A stretch of DNA of 64,000 nucleotides from an uncultured Chloroflexia bacterium (GTDB lineage: Bacteria; Chloroflexota; Limnocylindria; Limnocylindrales; CSP1-4). The notes under the pieces are model-generated. The model did not search any database and was not told where the DNA came from. It worked only from the letters and a program-made list of their open reading frames with translations. This document shows, piece by piece, positions 31,476 through 40,701 of this stretch (positions are counted from its first letter, which is position 1; the number at the start of each line of letters is the position of its first letter). Location: contig CAVRBO010000004.1 of NCBI GenBank assembly GCA_963719285.1, positions 842,064 through 906,063 of the forward strand, given 5' to 3'. The position numbers were made by a program, and so were the translations under genes.

Positions 31476-32750
31476 ATGACTGCCTACGATGTCGACGCGC
31501 TCCGGCGCGAGTTCCCTGCCCTCGCGCTCACCGATGACGGCCTCCGGGTCGCCTATTTCGACGGCCCGGGCGGGACCCAGGTCCCCCAGCGCGTGATCGA
31601 CGCCGTGGTCGGCTACTACACGAGCGCCAACGCCAACGACGGCGGCGCGTTCGTCACGAGCGCCCGGAGCGACGCGATCGTCCAGGAGGCGCACGAAGCG
31701 CTCGCCGACTTCCTCAACGCCCGGTCCGCCGGCGAGATCAAGACGGGCTACAACATGACCACGCTCACGTTCCACGTCGGCCGCTCGATCGGCGCGACGA
31801 TGGAGCCGGGCGACGAGATCGTCGTGACGACGCTGGACCACGAGGCGAACGTGAGCCCGTGGCGGGCCATGGCCGCCGACCGCGGCCTGGTCGTCAAGAC
31901 CGTCGACATCCACCCAGAGGACGCGACGCTCGACCTCGAGGCGCTCGAGGCGGCCCTCGGTTCGCGCACGAAGCTCGTGGCGGTCGGCTACGCGTCGAAC
32001 GCGATGGGTACCATCAACCCGGTCCGGGCGATCGTGGACCGGGCCCACGAGGTGGGTGCCCTGACGTACGTGGACGCCGTCCACTACGCCCCCCACGGCC
32101 CGATCGACGTCCAGGCCCTCGACACCGACTTCCTCGCCTGCTCGGTCTACAAGTTCTACGGGCCGCATCTCGGCGTCCTGTACGGCAAGGAGGCGCTCCT
32201 CGAGCGCCTGCCGGCCGAGCGCTACAAGGTCCGCCCGGCCCACGACCGGTTCGAGACCGGGACCCAGAACTTCGAGGGCATCGCCGGCGCTCTCGCGGCC
32301 GTGGATTACCTCGCGTCGGTGGGCGAGCGGTTCGGGACGGAGTACGCCGGGGAATTCCCGGGGTTCACGGGTCGCCGGCTGGCGCTCAAGACCGCGATGC
32401 GGGCCATCCGGGTCTACGAGATGAAGCTGTTCGAGCGCCTGCTGGCCGGTCTCGAGGCGATCCCCGGTGTCCGGATCTGGGGCGTCACGGACCGCGCGCG
32501 CCTGGGCGCGGAGCGGACCCCGACGGCGGCGATCACGCTCGAGGGCAGCTCGCCCAGAGCGGCGGCCGAAGCGCTCGGGCGCCAGGCCATCACCACCTGG
32601 GACGGCGACTTCTACGCCCAGGCGCTCATCGAGCGGCTCGGCCTGTTCGAGGCGGGCGGCGTCCTGCGGATCGGCATCTCGCACTACAACACGGCGGCCG
32701 AGGTGGACCGGCTGCTCGGGGCCCTCCGGGAGATAGCCCGGCCGCGATGA
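31476..32750 (+). CDS. Aminotransferase class V (cysteine desulfurase-like / SufS-CsdA-like)
   Basis: ...RVAYFDGPGGTQVPQRVIDAV...VVTTLDHEANVSPW...FLACSVYKFYGPHLGVLYG is a class V PLP fold. The start is taken at MTAYDVD (31476). Confidence 0.8.
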   Translation: MTAYDVDALRREFPALALTDDGLRVAYFDGPGGTQVPQRVIDAVVGYYTSANANDGGAFVTSARSDAIVQEAHEALADFLNARSAGEIKTGYNMTTLTFHVGRSIGATMEPGDEIVVTTLDHEANVSPWRAMAADRGLVVKTVDIHPEDATLDLEALEAALGSRTKLVAVGYASNAMGTINPVRAIVDRAHEVGALTYVDAVHYAPHGPIDVQALDTDFLACSVYKFYGPHLGVLYGKEALLERLPAERYKVRPAHDRFETGTQNFEGIAGALAAVDYLASVGERFGTEYAGEFPGFTGRRLALKTAMRAIRVYEMKLFERLLAGLEAIPGVRIWGVTDRARLGAERTPTAAITLEGSSPRAAAEALGRQAITTWDGDFYAQALIERLGLFEAGGVLRIGISHYNTAAEVDRLLGALREIARPR

Positions 32751-33775
32751 CGATCCGGGTCGGGGTCGCCGGCGGCGGATTCATCGGCCGGGACCACCTC
32801 GCCGCGTACGCCGGCTGGCCGGACGCGCGGATCGCGGGCGTCGCGGACGTGGACCTGGACCGTGCCCGCGCCGCCGCCGCTCCGTTCGGCGCGACCGCCT
32901 ACCCGGACCTCGCGACGATGGCGGCCGCCGAACGCGGCGAAGGCACCCCGCTCGACGCGGTGAGCGTCTGCGTCCCGACCGGCCATCACCTGGCGGCCGT
33001 CCGGGACGCCACGGCCGCCGGCCTGCACATCCTGCTCGAGAAGCCGATGGCGATCTCGGTCGCCGAATGCGACGAGATCGCCCGACTCGTCGAGGCCGCC
33101 GGGGTCAGGCTCATGCTCGGCCTCACCCATCGCTTCCACGCCGAGCTCCTCCGGGCACGGGAGCTCATCGGCGCGGGCCGCCTCGGGCGGGTCGGGCTCG
33201 TCCACGACCACTTCAGCTTCGGCGAGACCGGCCCCTGGCCGGCCTGGTACTACGCCCGGGATCTGTCGGGCGGGGGCGAGCTCATGCACGACGCGGTCCA
33301 CCTCGTCGACCGGATGGCGTGGCTGCTGGACAGCCCGATCGTCGAGGTCCACGGCCGGACGAGCTCGTTCGTCCGTGGCATCGAGGGCGTGGAGGACGCA
33401 GGGGTCGCGACGCTCGCCTTCGCGAACGGGGCGATCGGGTCGCTCTTCGTCCACGAGGCGCCATTCCCGCTCCACCGGGACGATCCCCGAGTGCCGATGC
33501 CGGGCCGGCTGGAGCTCGAGATCCACGGAACGGCCGGCTCGCTCCGCTATCGCACCTGGCAATCGCTCGAGTTCGACACGGCCGACGAGCACTGGACGGT
33601 CGACGACGCGCCGCGCGACGAGATGCGCCTCGAGATCGGCGAGTTCCTGGCCGCGATCGGCGAGGGACGGCCACCGTCCGTCGGGGCGGCCGAGGGCCGA
33701 CGGGGCATCGCGGTCGTGCAGGCCATCTACGAGTCGGAGCGGCTGGGCCGGCCGGTGCGTCTCCCCGAGGATTGA
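32747..33775 (+). CDS. Gfo/Idh/MocA family oxidoreductase
   Basis: IRVGVAGGGFIGRDHLAAYAG... is a Rossmann N-terminus, followed by ...EKPMAISVAECDE. Its ATG overlaps the upstream stop (ATGA). Confidence 0.8.
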   Translation: MTIRVGVAGGGFIGRDHLAAYAGWPDARIAGVADVDLDRARAAAAPFGATAYPDLATMAAAERGEGTPLDAVSVCVPTGHHLAAVRDATAAGLHILLEKPMAISVAECDEIARLVEAAGVRLMLGLTHRFHAELLRARELIGAGRLGRVGLVHDHFSFGETGPWPAWYYARDLSGGGELMHDAVHLVDRMAWLLDSPIVEVHGRTSSFVRGIEGVEDAGVATLAFANGAIGSLFVHEAPFPLHRDDPRVPMPGRLELEIHGTAGSLRYRTWQSLEFDTADEHWTVDDAPRDEMRLEIGEFLAAIGEGRPPSVGAAEGRRGIAVVQAIYESERLGRPVRLPED

Positions 33776-33802
33776 TCCCGTTCCGCGCCCGGCCCGGCGA
33801 GG

Positions 33803-34018
33803 CTAGCGCTCGGTCGGCGCCTCGTTCGGGTCGGCCGGCACGATCGAGACCTCCTCGTCGCAGCTCTTGCAGCGGAAGATCCGGCCCACGCCCCACGAGC
33901 GCTCCGGATCGTCCGTCGCGGCATCGGGATGAGGGCGCTGCTCGACCATGACGCCTCGGCTGCCGTCGCCATGGCGGTGCTCCACCTGGAACGTCGTCAG
34001 GATGCTGCGCGGGTCCAT
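33803..34018 (-). CDS. Hypothetical small protein (71 aa) with a His/Cys cluster
   Basis: A strong ribosome-binding site (AAGGAGGAG) precedes the ATG. Composition is balanced. It contains HRHGDGS...FRCKSCDEE. No family was assigned. Confidence 0.4.
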   Translation of the reverse strand: MDPRSILTTFQVEHRHGDGSRGVMVEQRPHPDAATDDPERSWGVGRIFRCKSCDEEVSIVPADPNEAPTER

Positions 34019-34069
34019 CGGCTCCTCCTTCGTGTCCGGGCGACGATACCGCCTCCCTGGGCCGCAGGC

Positions 34070-34801
34070 TCAGCGGTCGACACCGCTCCGCGTCCGCTCA
34101 TAGCGCGCCCGGCGCTCGTGGAACAGCGCCTCGCCACCGGGAAGCTGGACCGAGCGGTAGACGATCGGCGGCCTGCCCGCGGACGCCAGCCGCTCCGCCG
34201 CACCGGCGAGGACCGCCCAGGCCAGTGCCACGAGCACGGCCCCGGAGGTGGGAGCGAACCGCTCCTCCAGCCCCGGGATGTCGAGCACGGCGTCGCCCAC
34301 GTCGCCGCCCACGTCGATGAGGATGTCGGCGAGGTCGATGAGTTTCGCGCCGCTCGGATGCTCGACGACGATGTCGGGATCGCGCTCGTACGCGACGCAG
34401 GTCAGGCCGATGACCGTGAGCCCGGCCGCGCGGGCGGCGATCGCGACCTGGACCGTCCCCGCGTCGGTCCCGGCGTTGGTGCCGACGATGACGACGTCGC
34501 CGGCCTCGGGGACGAAGTCGCCGTCTCCGCGCAGCATCCCGGCCTCGATCGACAGCATCGGGGAGGCGAGGTCGGGCGCCTCGCCGAGCGTGTGGACCGC
34601 CGCGAGGCCACCCGCTCGAAGATAGAGCTCGCTGTGAAGGACGTGGCTCGTGGCGGCGACGTACACACGCCGCCCGCTCGCGATCGCGTCGGCCACGGCA
34701 GCCGCCGCCCGGTCGATCGCGTCGGCCTGGGTCAGCGCGAGCTCCTCGAGGATGGCGATCGTCCGGCGCAGGTAGCGGGCCGGCGCCCCGGATCCCGTCA
34801 C
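34070..34801 (-). CDS. SIS-domain protein (UPF0309 / SIS_2-like)
   Basis: RVYVAATSHVLHSELYLRAGGLAAV...VIVGTNAGTDAGTVQVAIAARAAG resembles the UPF0309 SIS family of putative phospho-sugar-binding proteins. Confidence 0.7.
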   Translation of the reverse strand: MTGSGAPARYLRRTIAILEELALTQADAIDRAAAAVADAIASGRRVYVAATSHVLHSELYLRAGGLAAVHTLGEAPDLASPMLSIEAGMLRGDGDFVPEAGDVVIVGTNAGTDAGTVQVAIAARAAGLTVIGLTCVAYERDPDIVVEHPSGAKLIDLADILIDVGGDVGDAVLDIPGLEERFAPTSGAVLVALAWAVLAGAAERLASAGRPPIVYRSVQLPGGEALFHERRARYERTRSGVDR

Positions 34802-35842
34802 AGCGGCAGCTCGCCTTCGAGGTACGTCTTCCAGGGGCTGAAGCCGAACGGTCCGTAATACCCGAGCAGGGTCGTCCAGTCGATCACGCAGTCGCGCACG
34901 CCGCGCTCATGGAGCGTGTCCAGGGCCACGGCGAGCAGAGCCCGCCCGAGGCCGCGTCCACGCAGTCGCTCGACCACCCCGATCGGCCCCAGGCCTCCGC
35001 TCGCCGGCCTCAGCAGGCCCTCCCAGAAGCGCGGCCCGAAGAGCGCTCCGTCGCCGCGCTGGTGGATGGTGGCGAAGCCCGCGATCCGCTTCGCCGCGAC
35101 CGGAGGGGCCGGCGTGTCGGCGGGCACGAGCAGCAGCACGTCCGAGGGAGCCATGCCGTGGTCCAACGCCCAGCCCAGGTCGTGGACCCAGTCGAGCTTG
35201 AACTGGCGATCCAGGAAGGAGAGGAAACCCTCGCTCTCGCGAGGGTCCAGCGGCCGGACTGTCAGGCCCGCGGCGGCCAGGGCCTCCCGCTCGCGGTCGG
35301 TCGTCGCGGCCCCGTCGAGAGGCGCCCGCAGGTCGTAGGTCTCACCCTCGAACCTGGCGCCCAGGGCGGTGAAGAAGGGCTCGGCTGCGGGCAGGTCGGT
35401 CGGCACGCCCGGGAACAGGTAGTGGATGCCGCCGCCGATCCGGACGCGAGTGATGCCGTCGGCCCGTGCGTCGGCGACGAGCCGGTTGACGATCGCCCGG
35501 CCGATGCCCTCGCGCTGGCGGCCGGGAGTGACCGCGACGACCTGGAGCCAGCCCTCGTGGACCCAGCCCCGCCGCCCCCGGACGAGCCCGCGCGAGCGAC
35601 CCAGGTACCCGAATCCCACGACCGGACCCTGCCGCCTGGGTACACCCGGCTCCGGTTCGCCGAGGTCGGCGGCCGCAACGATGACATCCGACGGCTGGAA
35701 GTCGGGGTTGTCGGTCGTCAGCTGCCGCCACAGCCGTGCGCGAAGCGGGTACAGGTCTCCTGCGCAGGCCTGCCAGAGCGCGACGATCTCGGGATCGTCG
35801 GCCGGGCCGAGCTCCCGGAGGGCGACGCCGTAGACGCTCAAC
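34798..35842 (-). CDS. Tandem GNAT-domain N-acetyltransferase
   Basis: Two acetyl-CoA-binding blocks are present (VAVTPGRQREGIGRAIVN; VVERLRGRGLGRALLAVAL). A TTG start at 35842 is assumed, because the upstream stop at 35852 limits the frame. The start is uncertain. Confidence 0.6.
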
Positions 35843-35851
35843 GGTGCGTCC

Positions 35852-36853
35852 TCACCTGATGCCGCGGACCCGCAGGAAGGACTGCCGGACGACCGCCCAG
35901 GCGGCTGCCGGGTCCTCGCATGCGCAGGTCGACATCGCCGCGCAGCCGTCGTACGACCAGGCGGCGATGTTCCGCGCACCCGCTGCGACCGCTGCGTCGA
36001 CGGCGACACCGATCTCGCCCTCGCGCCCGGCCGGGACACTGAACGCCTGGATCCAGACATGGTGGTCGAGCCCGTGGCGCTGGGCCACCTCGACGGTCGC
36101 CTTCGCATGGCGCCCGACATACTCCGCGGCGTCGCCGCCGAAGCTGAACCAGTACGGATCCGTCCCGAAGTCGTCGAGGCCCGGGATCGAGGCGGCCCGG
36201 TCCCAGTCGCGGAAGCCAGGGTTCGTCGCCTCGGGCGGCATGATGCAGATCGCGTTGCGCATCCCCTTCGACCGCGCATACAGGCTGGCGTCGGCCAGCA
36301 GGTCGTGCATCGTCTGCTCGATGAACGCCTCGACGTCGGGTCCGTAGGCGGTCGGCATCTCGCCACCGTGCCGCTCCCGCCAGAGCGACCGACAGACCTC
36401 ACACCGGCAGCCCCACACCCCGTCCGCGAAGTAGACGGTGGGCTCGTCCCAGAAGACCGTCCGGCCGCCGATGTCCGACGCCCGGTCGATCCACTCGTGG
36501 AGCCAGGTCCGGAACGACGGCTGGTTGAGGCAGGCGATCGTCGTCCGCCCGCCGTCGGAGCGGATCTGGACGGCCTCGGGGTGGAACGCCCCGAACCGGC
36601 TGAACGGCTCGCCACCGAACACCTCGCCGACGCCCCACGGGTCGATCCAGCTGTCCATCCCACGTTCCTGGGTCATCCGCACGACGCGGGCGACCGAGTC
36701 CGGCTGCCAGCGCTGGTCGAACTCGCTGAAGCAGTGGACGACGTACGTCGTGCCGGAGGCGGCCATGTCGTCGAGATCCGCGGCGACGTGTTTCGGGGCT
36801 CGCGTCTCGAAGTACGCGACGCCGGTCTTGATGCCACTCGCCATGATGCTCAA
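35852..36853 (-). CDS. Hypothetical protein, possibly a TIM-barrel sugar-active enzyme
   Basis: The 333 aa product has the features FWDEPTVYFADGVWGCRCEVCR and HHVWIQAF and a balanced composition. The gene overlaps both neighbours by 4 nt. No confident family assignment was possible. Confidence 0.55.
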   Translation of the reverse strand: MSIMASGIKTGVAYFETRAPKHVAADLDDMAASGTTYVVHCFSEFDQRWQPDSVARVVRMTQERGMDSWIDPWGVGEVFGGEPFSRFGAFHPEAVQIRSDGGRTTIACLNQPSFRTWLHEWIDRASDIGGRTVFWDEPTVYFADGVWGCRCEVCRSLWRERHGGEMPTAYGPDVEAFIEQTMHDLLADASLYARSKGMRNAICIMPPEATNPGFRDWDRAASIPGLDDFGTDPYWFSFGGDAAEYVGRHAKATVEVAQRHGLDHHVWIQAFSVPAGREGEIGVAVDAAVAAGARNIAAWSYDGCAAMSTCACEDPAAAWAVVRQSFLRVRGIR

Positions 36854-38256
36854 ACCTCGCGCAGGTAGATGGGGTTGGTCAAGGCAGCGACGTCTCCGTT
36901 GCCGTCGTCGAGCTCGAGGCGGACGAATCGCCGGCCCGCCGATGGGATCCGGAAGGTGGCCCGTGGCGGGCCCGATGCTTCGAGCCCTCGATCGGACAGG
37001 ATGCGGACGGCGAGGCCCGTCGGGTCGCCGTCGAGGTCCGACTCCACCTCGATCGTCTCGTCGCGGCGAACGTCCATGGTCTCACCGGGCACTGCGCGGG
37101 GAAGGCCCCCGATCGAGGGCGCCGGAGCGGTCCCGCGCACGACGAGGCCCGGTCGGGGCGTGTCCGGACGGGCAGTGACCACGACGTGGCCGGCACGGAT
37201 CGCCTCGACGATGCCGTCCCGGTCGCGGGTCGCCGCGTGGACCCAGGTGGTCGGCCCGGCCAGGGGCTGGCCCTTGCGGCGCCGGAACGAATGGCAGTCG
37301 GAGCCGCCGACGGCGGTCGGATGAGCCCCGCCGGCCAGCAGCCCGGCCCACCAGTCGATGGCGCGACGCTCTTCCGACGACCACGGCCCGTTCCAGACCT
37401 CGATCGTGTCCGCCGCGGCGGCGACGGCGTCGCCCAGCTCCCACGGGGACGTGCCGCCGCAGGGGTGATTGACCGACACGAGGCCGCCCTGTCGATGGAC
37501 CTCGTCGAACGAGCGAAGCATGTCGGCCGAGGTTCGGTTCCGGAAGTCCACCCAGCCCGAGAGGCCCCATGCGTTCGAATGGCCGTAGTAGGTGGTGATC
37601 TCCTCGGCCCGGAGCAGCACGAGTCGGCCCCCCTCCGCCGCCAGCTCCGGATGGTGACTGTCCGTGTTGTGGTCCGTCACGGCCAGGAAGTCGAGGCCGA
37701 GATCGGTCGCCTCGGCGACAAGACCCGCCGGACGCTCCGCGCCGTCGCTGTGGACGGTGTGGCAGTGGAGATCGCCCCGCAGCCAGATGGGTGCGGTCCG
37801 TTCCCCCGCGCTGCGATGGGTCGAGGGCTCGGCCCTCGGAGGACGCGCGACCACGTCCACGACCGAGGGCGGCAGGGCGTCGAGCGTCTCGACGGTGAGG
37901 CGGTACGGGGCGCCGAGCTCGGCGACCTGGTAGAGCCCGAGGACGACGTGCCAGGTTCCCGGCGCGATCGGGCCCGGACGGTAGCCGGGCGTCGCCGCGT
38001 CGGCCGCCAGCCACACGTCCGACCGCTCGCTCCCGCTCCAGCCTCGGAATGCCGGCGATCCGAACTCGAGCGGACCCGGACCGAACAGACCCAGGTCGAT
38101 CGTGTTGCCGCCCGTGCGCACGTCCGCGGACATCGCGTCCTCGTAGGTGAAGCCGACATGGAGCGCAGAACGTCCCTGCGGAACGTCGAAGGGGATCGCC
38201 AGATAGTCGGACTGGAGGCGATCGGCGGGCATCACGCGACCGATCAGTTCCGTCAC
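36850..38256 (-). CDS. PHP-domain metallohydrolase (CehA/McbA-like) with an N-terminal beta-rich domain
   Basis: The PHP motifs are WLRGDLHCHTVHSDG, LAVTDHNT, YYGHSNAWG, VNHPCGG and GGSDCHS. Confidence 0.75.
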   Translation of the reverse strand: MTELIGRVMPADRLQSDYLAIPFDVPQGRSALHVGFTYEDAMSADVRTGGNTIDLGLFGPGPLEFGSPAFRGWSGSERSDVWLAADAATPGYRPGPIAPGTWHVVLGLYQVAELGAPYRLTVETLDALPPSVVDVVARPPRAEPSTHRSAGERTAPIWLRGDLHCHTVHSDGAERPAGLVAEATDLGLDFLAVTDHNTDSHHPELAAEGGRLVLLRAEEITTYYGHSNAWGLSGWVDFRNRTSADMLRSFDEVHRQGGLVSVNHPCGGTSPWELGDAVAAAADTIEVWNGPWSSEERRAIDWWAGLLAGGAHPTAVGGSDCHSFRRRKGQPLAGPTTWVHAATRDRDGIVEAIRAGHVVVTARPDTPRPGLVVRGTAPAPSIGGLPRAVPGETMDVRRDETIEVESDLDGDPTGLAVRILSDRGLEASGPPRATFRIPSAGRRFVRLELDDGNGDVAALTNPIYLREV

Positions 38257-38282
38257 CGTCGAAGCATAGCGAAGCCGACGAC

Positions 38283-38759
38283 ATGGAAACGGTCAACGGT
38301 CGACCATCGGACAGGCGTCACACCGGCCGTGGTTCGTCGGTCCGCGACAGTGTGCAAGGGGACGATCGCCCGTCGGCGTGGCAACGGATCGGGCCATTCG
38401 GCCGATTCCTCGTGGGAGCGGTCGTCGCGGCCGGCTTCGCGTTGGCCGGCGTGAAGGCCGTCGAGACGACGCTCGCCCTGACCGTGCGGGTGCCGACGGT
38501 CGAGACACTCCCGGACAGGATCGGGGTCTGCGGCCGAACCTATCATCGGGCGGCCGGTGGGCCGGACGACCTCCTCGGGATCGACGAGTTACGTGCGACC
38601 GGCCCCGAGCCGGTCATCGCGCTGCCGTTGCGGATCCAGCCCTGCATCGACGGGCCATGCAACCGCGGCTTCCCCGGCATCCCCGGATGCGCGACGGTCG
38701 TGTTCGTGCGTATCGAGGGCGACCGCTACGCGGCCTACGATCTCGTGGGCGGCCCCTGA
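38283..38759 (+). CDS. Hypothetical membrane-anchored protein
   Basis: A 158 aa ORF in an otherwise gene-free 590 nt gap. It has one hydrophobic helix (FLVGAVVAAGFALAGV) followed by a Cys-containing region (CGRTY...CIDGPCNRGFPGIPGC). There is no clear ribosome-binding site. Confidence 0.3.
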   Translation: METVNGRPSDRRHTGRGSSVRDSVQGDDRPSAWQRIGPFGRFLVGAVVAAGFALAGVKAVETTLALTVRVPTVETLPDRIGVCGRTYHRAAGGPDDLLGIDELRATGPEPVIALPLRIQPCIDGPCNRGFPGIPGCATVVFVRIEGDRYAAYDLVGGP

Positions 38760-38761
38760 CC

Positions 38762-38777
38762 TGCGCAACCGATTTCG
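38762..38777. promoter_or_regulatory. Candidate LacI-family operator (copy 4)
   Basis: TGCGCAACCGATTTCG lies 70 nt upstream of the Gfo/Idh/MocA start. Its core GCAACCGATTTC matches the reverse complement of the core of the 43357 site at 11 of 12 positions. Confidence 0.35.
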
Positions 38778-38845
38778 CGGGGCGAGGGCGGGTCGACTAC
38801 CATCGCGGCCTGGCGCCCAGCGGAGTGCGCCCATCGGAGGGCCGG

Positions 38846-39871
38846 ATGACGGCGCGGATCGGACTGGCGATCATCGGGGCGGGACGGATGGGCAGCAACC
38901 ACGCCCGGCTCATCGCCGCCGGCGCGCCCGAGCTGCGGATCGTCGCGATCGGCGACGTCGACGGCGATGCCGCCCGTCGCCTGGCCGACGAGATCGCGGC
39001 GACGCCGTTCGCCGATCCACTCAAGGCGATCGCGGCACCGGGGGTCGACGCGGTGCTCATCGCCGTCTCGTCGGTCCACCACCGGGCGATCGTGGAAGCG
39101 GCCGCCGCCGCCGGCCGCGACATCCTGTGCGAGAAGCCCCTGGCGCTCGATCTCCCCGAGACGGACGCGATCCTGGCCGCGGTCGCCCGGGCGGGTGTCC
39201 GCCTGCAGGTCGGCCTGATGCGCCGGCACGACCCGGATCACGTCCGGGCACGCGCCCGGATCGTCGCCGGGGAGCTCGGCCGGCCGCTCCTGTTCAACAG
39301 CCGCCAGTACGACACCGACCCGCCGCCCGCGGCCATCCTGGACCCCCGGATCAGCGGCGGGATCATGCTCGACATGGGGATCCACGAGTTCGATTCGGGG
39401 CGCTTCCTCATGGATTCGGAGGTCGTCGAGGTCCAGGCGACCGGCTCGGTCCAGGTCTACCCGGACGCCGCGACCCACGGCGACGTCGACACGGCCGTGG
39501 TCAACCTGAGATTTGCCTCCGGGGCCATCGGCAGCGTCGAACTCAGCCGGCGGGTCGCCTTCGGCGAGGACGTCCGGACCGAGGTCCACGGCACGGACGG
39601 AAGCGCCTTCATCGGCGGCCTGCCGATCGTCTCGGGCTCCGCGTTCGGTGGTCCGGGGGGTGTCCGCTGGGACCCGACCCCGCCATCGATGCCCCGTTTC
39701 GCGGCGGCCTACACGGACCAGGCGCGCGCCTTCGCCCGGTCGATCCTGGACGACCGGCCGGCGAGTCCGTCGGGGGCGGACGGACGGGCCGCATTCGTCA
39801 TCGCGATGGCCGCCCAGCGTGCGCTCGCGGACGGCGGCACGATCACGGTCGAGGCGCCAGCAGGGCCTTGA
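38846..39871 (+). CDS. Gfo/Idh/MocA family oxidoreductase (inositol 2-dehydrogenase-like)
   Basis: ARIGLAIIGAGRMGSNHARL...ILCEKPLALDL... The start is at MTARIG (38846) with GGAGG upstream. Confidence 0.8.
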   Translation: MTARIGLAIIGAGRMGSNHARLIAAGAPELRIVAIGDVDGDAARRLADEIAATPFADPLKAIAAPGVDAVLIAVSSVHHRAIVEAAAAAGRDILCEKPLALDLPETDAILAAVARAGVRLQVGLMRRHDPDHVRARARIVAGELGRPLLFNSRQYDTDPPPAAILDPRISGGIMLDMGIHEFDSGRFLMDSEVVEVQATGSVQVYPDAATHGDVDTAVVNLRFASGAIGSVELSRRVAFGEDVRTEVHGTDGSAFIGGLPIVSGSAFGGPGGVRWDPTPPSMPRFAAAYTDQARAFARSILDDRPASPSGADGRAAFVIAMAAQRALADGGTITVEAPAGP

Positions 39872-40700
39872 TCCGGTCGAACATGAACCGGGACGACTCC
39901 ACGGCGCGCTCCTCCCAGGCGAAGACGCACGCGGTGAGGATGCCGTCGAAGCCGACGGCGCGGAGCGCGCCGAAGCACGCCTCGAAGTCCACCTCGCCCT
40001 GGCCGATGTCGAGATGCTGGTGGACCCGGGCCGTCGAGCCGGGCGGGTTGACGATGTAGCGGTTGCCGGACGACGCCCGATGGTTGAGCACGTCCGCGAT
40101 GTGGACCTGGGCCAGGACGGGCGCGGCGTAGGCGATCATGGCCGCGATGTCGTCGCCGAGGTAGTACGTGTGCGGCGCACAGAAGACATAGCCCACGCCG
40201 GGCGAGTCGATCCCGCGGACGAGGTCGACCGCATCGGTGTTGCGCTCGATGAAGTCGTCCGGATGGGCCTCCAGGTTGAGCTTGATGCCCTCCTGCTCGA
40301 AGATCGGCAGGAGCTCTTCCATCGAGCGCCAGAACTGGGCCTCGCTCCGGGCCGCCTGCTCCGGCCGCCCGTTGAACTCCGAGTTCATCGTCGTGCAGCC
40401 CACGTCCACGCACAGCTGGATCGCCCGCTTCCAGTAGCGCACGGCGGCCAGGCGTTCGTCCTCGTCGGGGCTCGACCAGCGGTAGAGGGGCAGGATCGAC
40501 GCCATCTCGAGTCCTGAGTCGGTCAGCCCCTTGCGGAACTCGCCGACCTTGGCCCGGTCGGCCCGCGGGTGGGTGAAGAACGGGATGAAGTCCGGCCGGG
40601 GCGACAGCTCGATCGCGTCGTAGCCGATGTCGGCCGCGATCCGGCAGACCTCGCCGAACGGCCGGTCGCGGAGCATGTACGGATCGAGGGCGATCTTCAC
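39843..40700 (-). CDS. Sugar phosphate isomerase/epimerase (xylose-isomerase-like TIM barrel)
   Basis: The 285 aa product, ...YDAIELSPRPDF...NLEAHPDDFIERNTDAVDLV...HIADV, matches the AP-endonuclease-2 / xylose-isomerase-like TIM-barrel family. Confidence 0.8.
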   Translation of the reverse strand: MKIALDPYMLRDRPFGEVCRIAADIGYDAIELSPRPDFIPFFTHPRADRAKVGEFRKGLTDSGLEMASILPLYRWSSPDEDERLAAVRYWKRAIQLCVDVGCTTMNSEFNGRPEQAARSEAQFWRSMEELLPIFEQEGIKLNLEAHPDDFIERNTDAVDLVRGIDSPGVGYVFCAPHTYYLGDDIAAMIAYAAPVLAQVHIADVLNHRASSGNRYIVNPPGSTARVHQHLDIGQGEVDFEACFGALRAVGFDGILTACVFAWEERAVESSRFMFDRIKALLAPRP

Positions 40701-40701
40701 G

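Noticed and set aside
38253-38546. 97 aa minus-strand ORF in the 38.3-38.8 kb gap
   Set aside because: Arg/Asp/Gly-rich, no ribosome-binding site, and it overlaps the somewhat more plausible plus-strand membrane-protein ORF.
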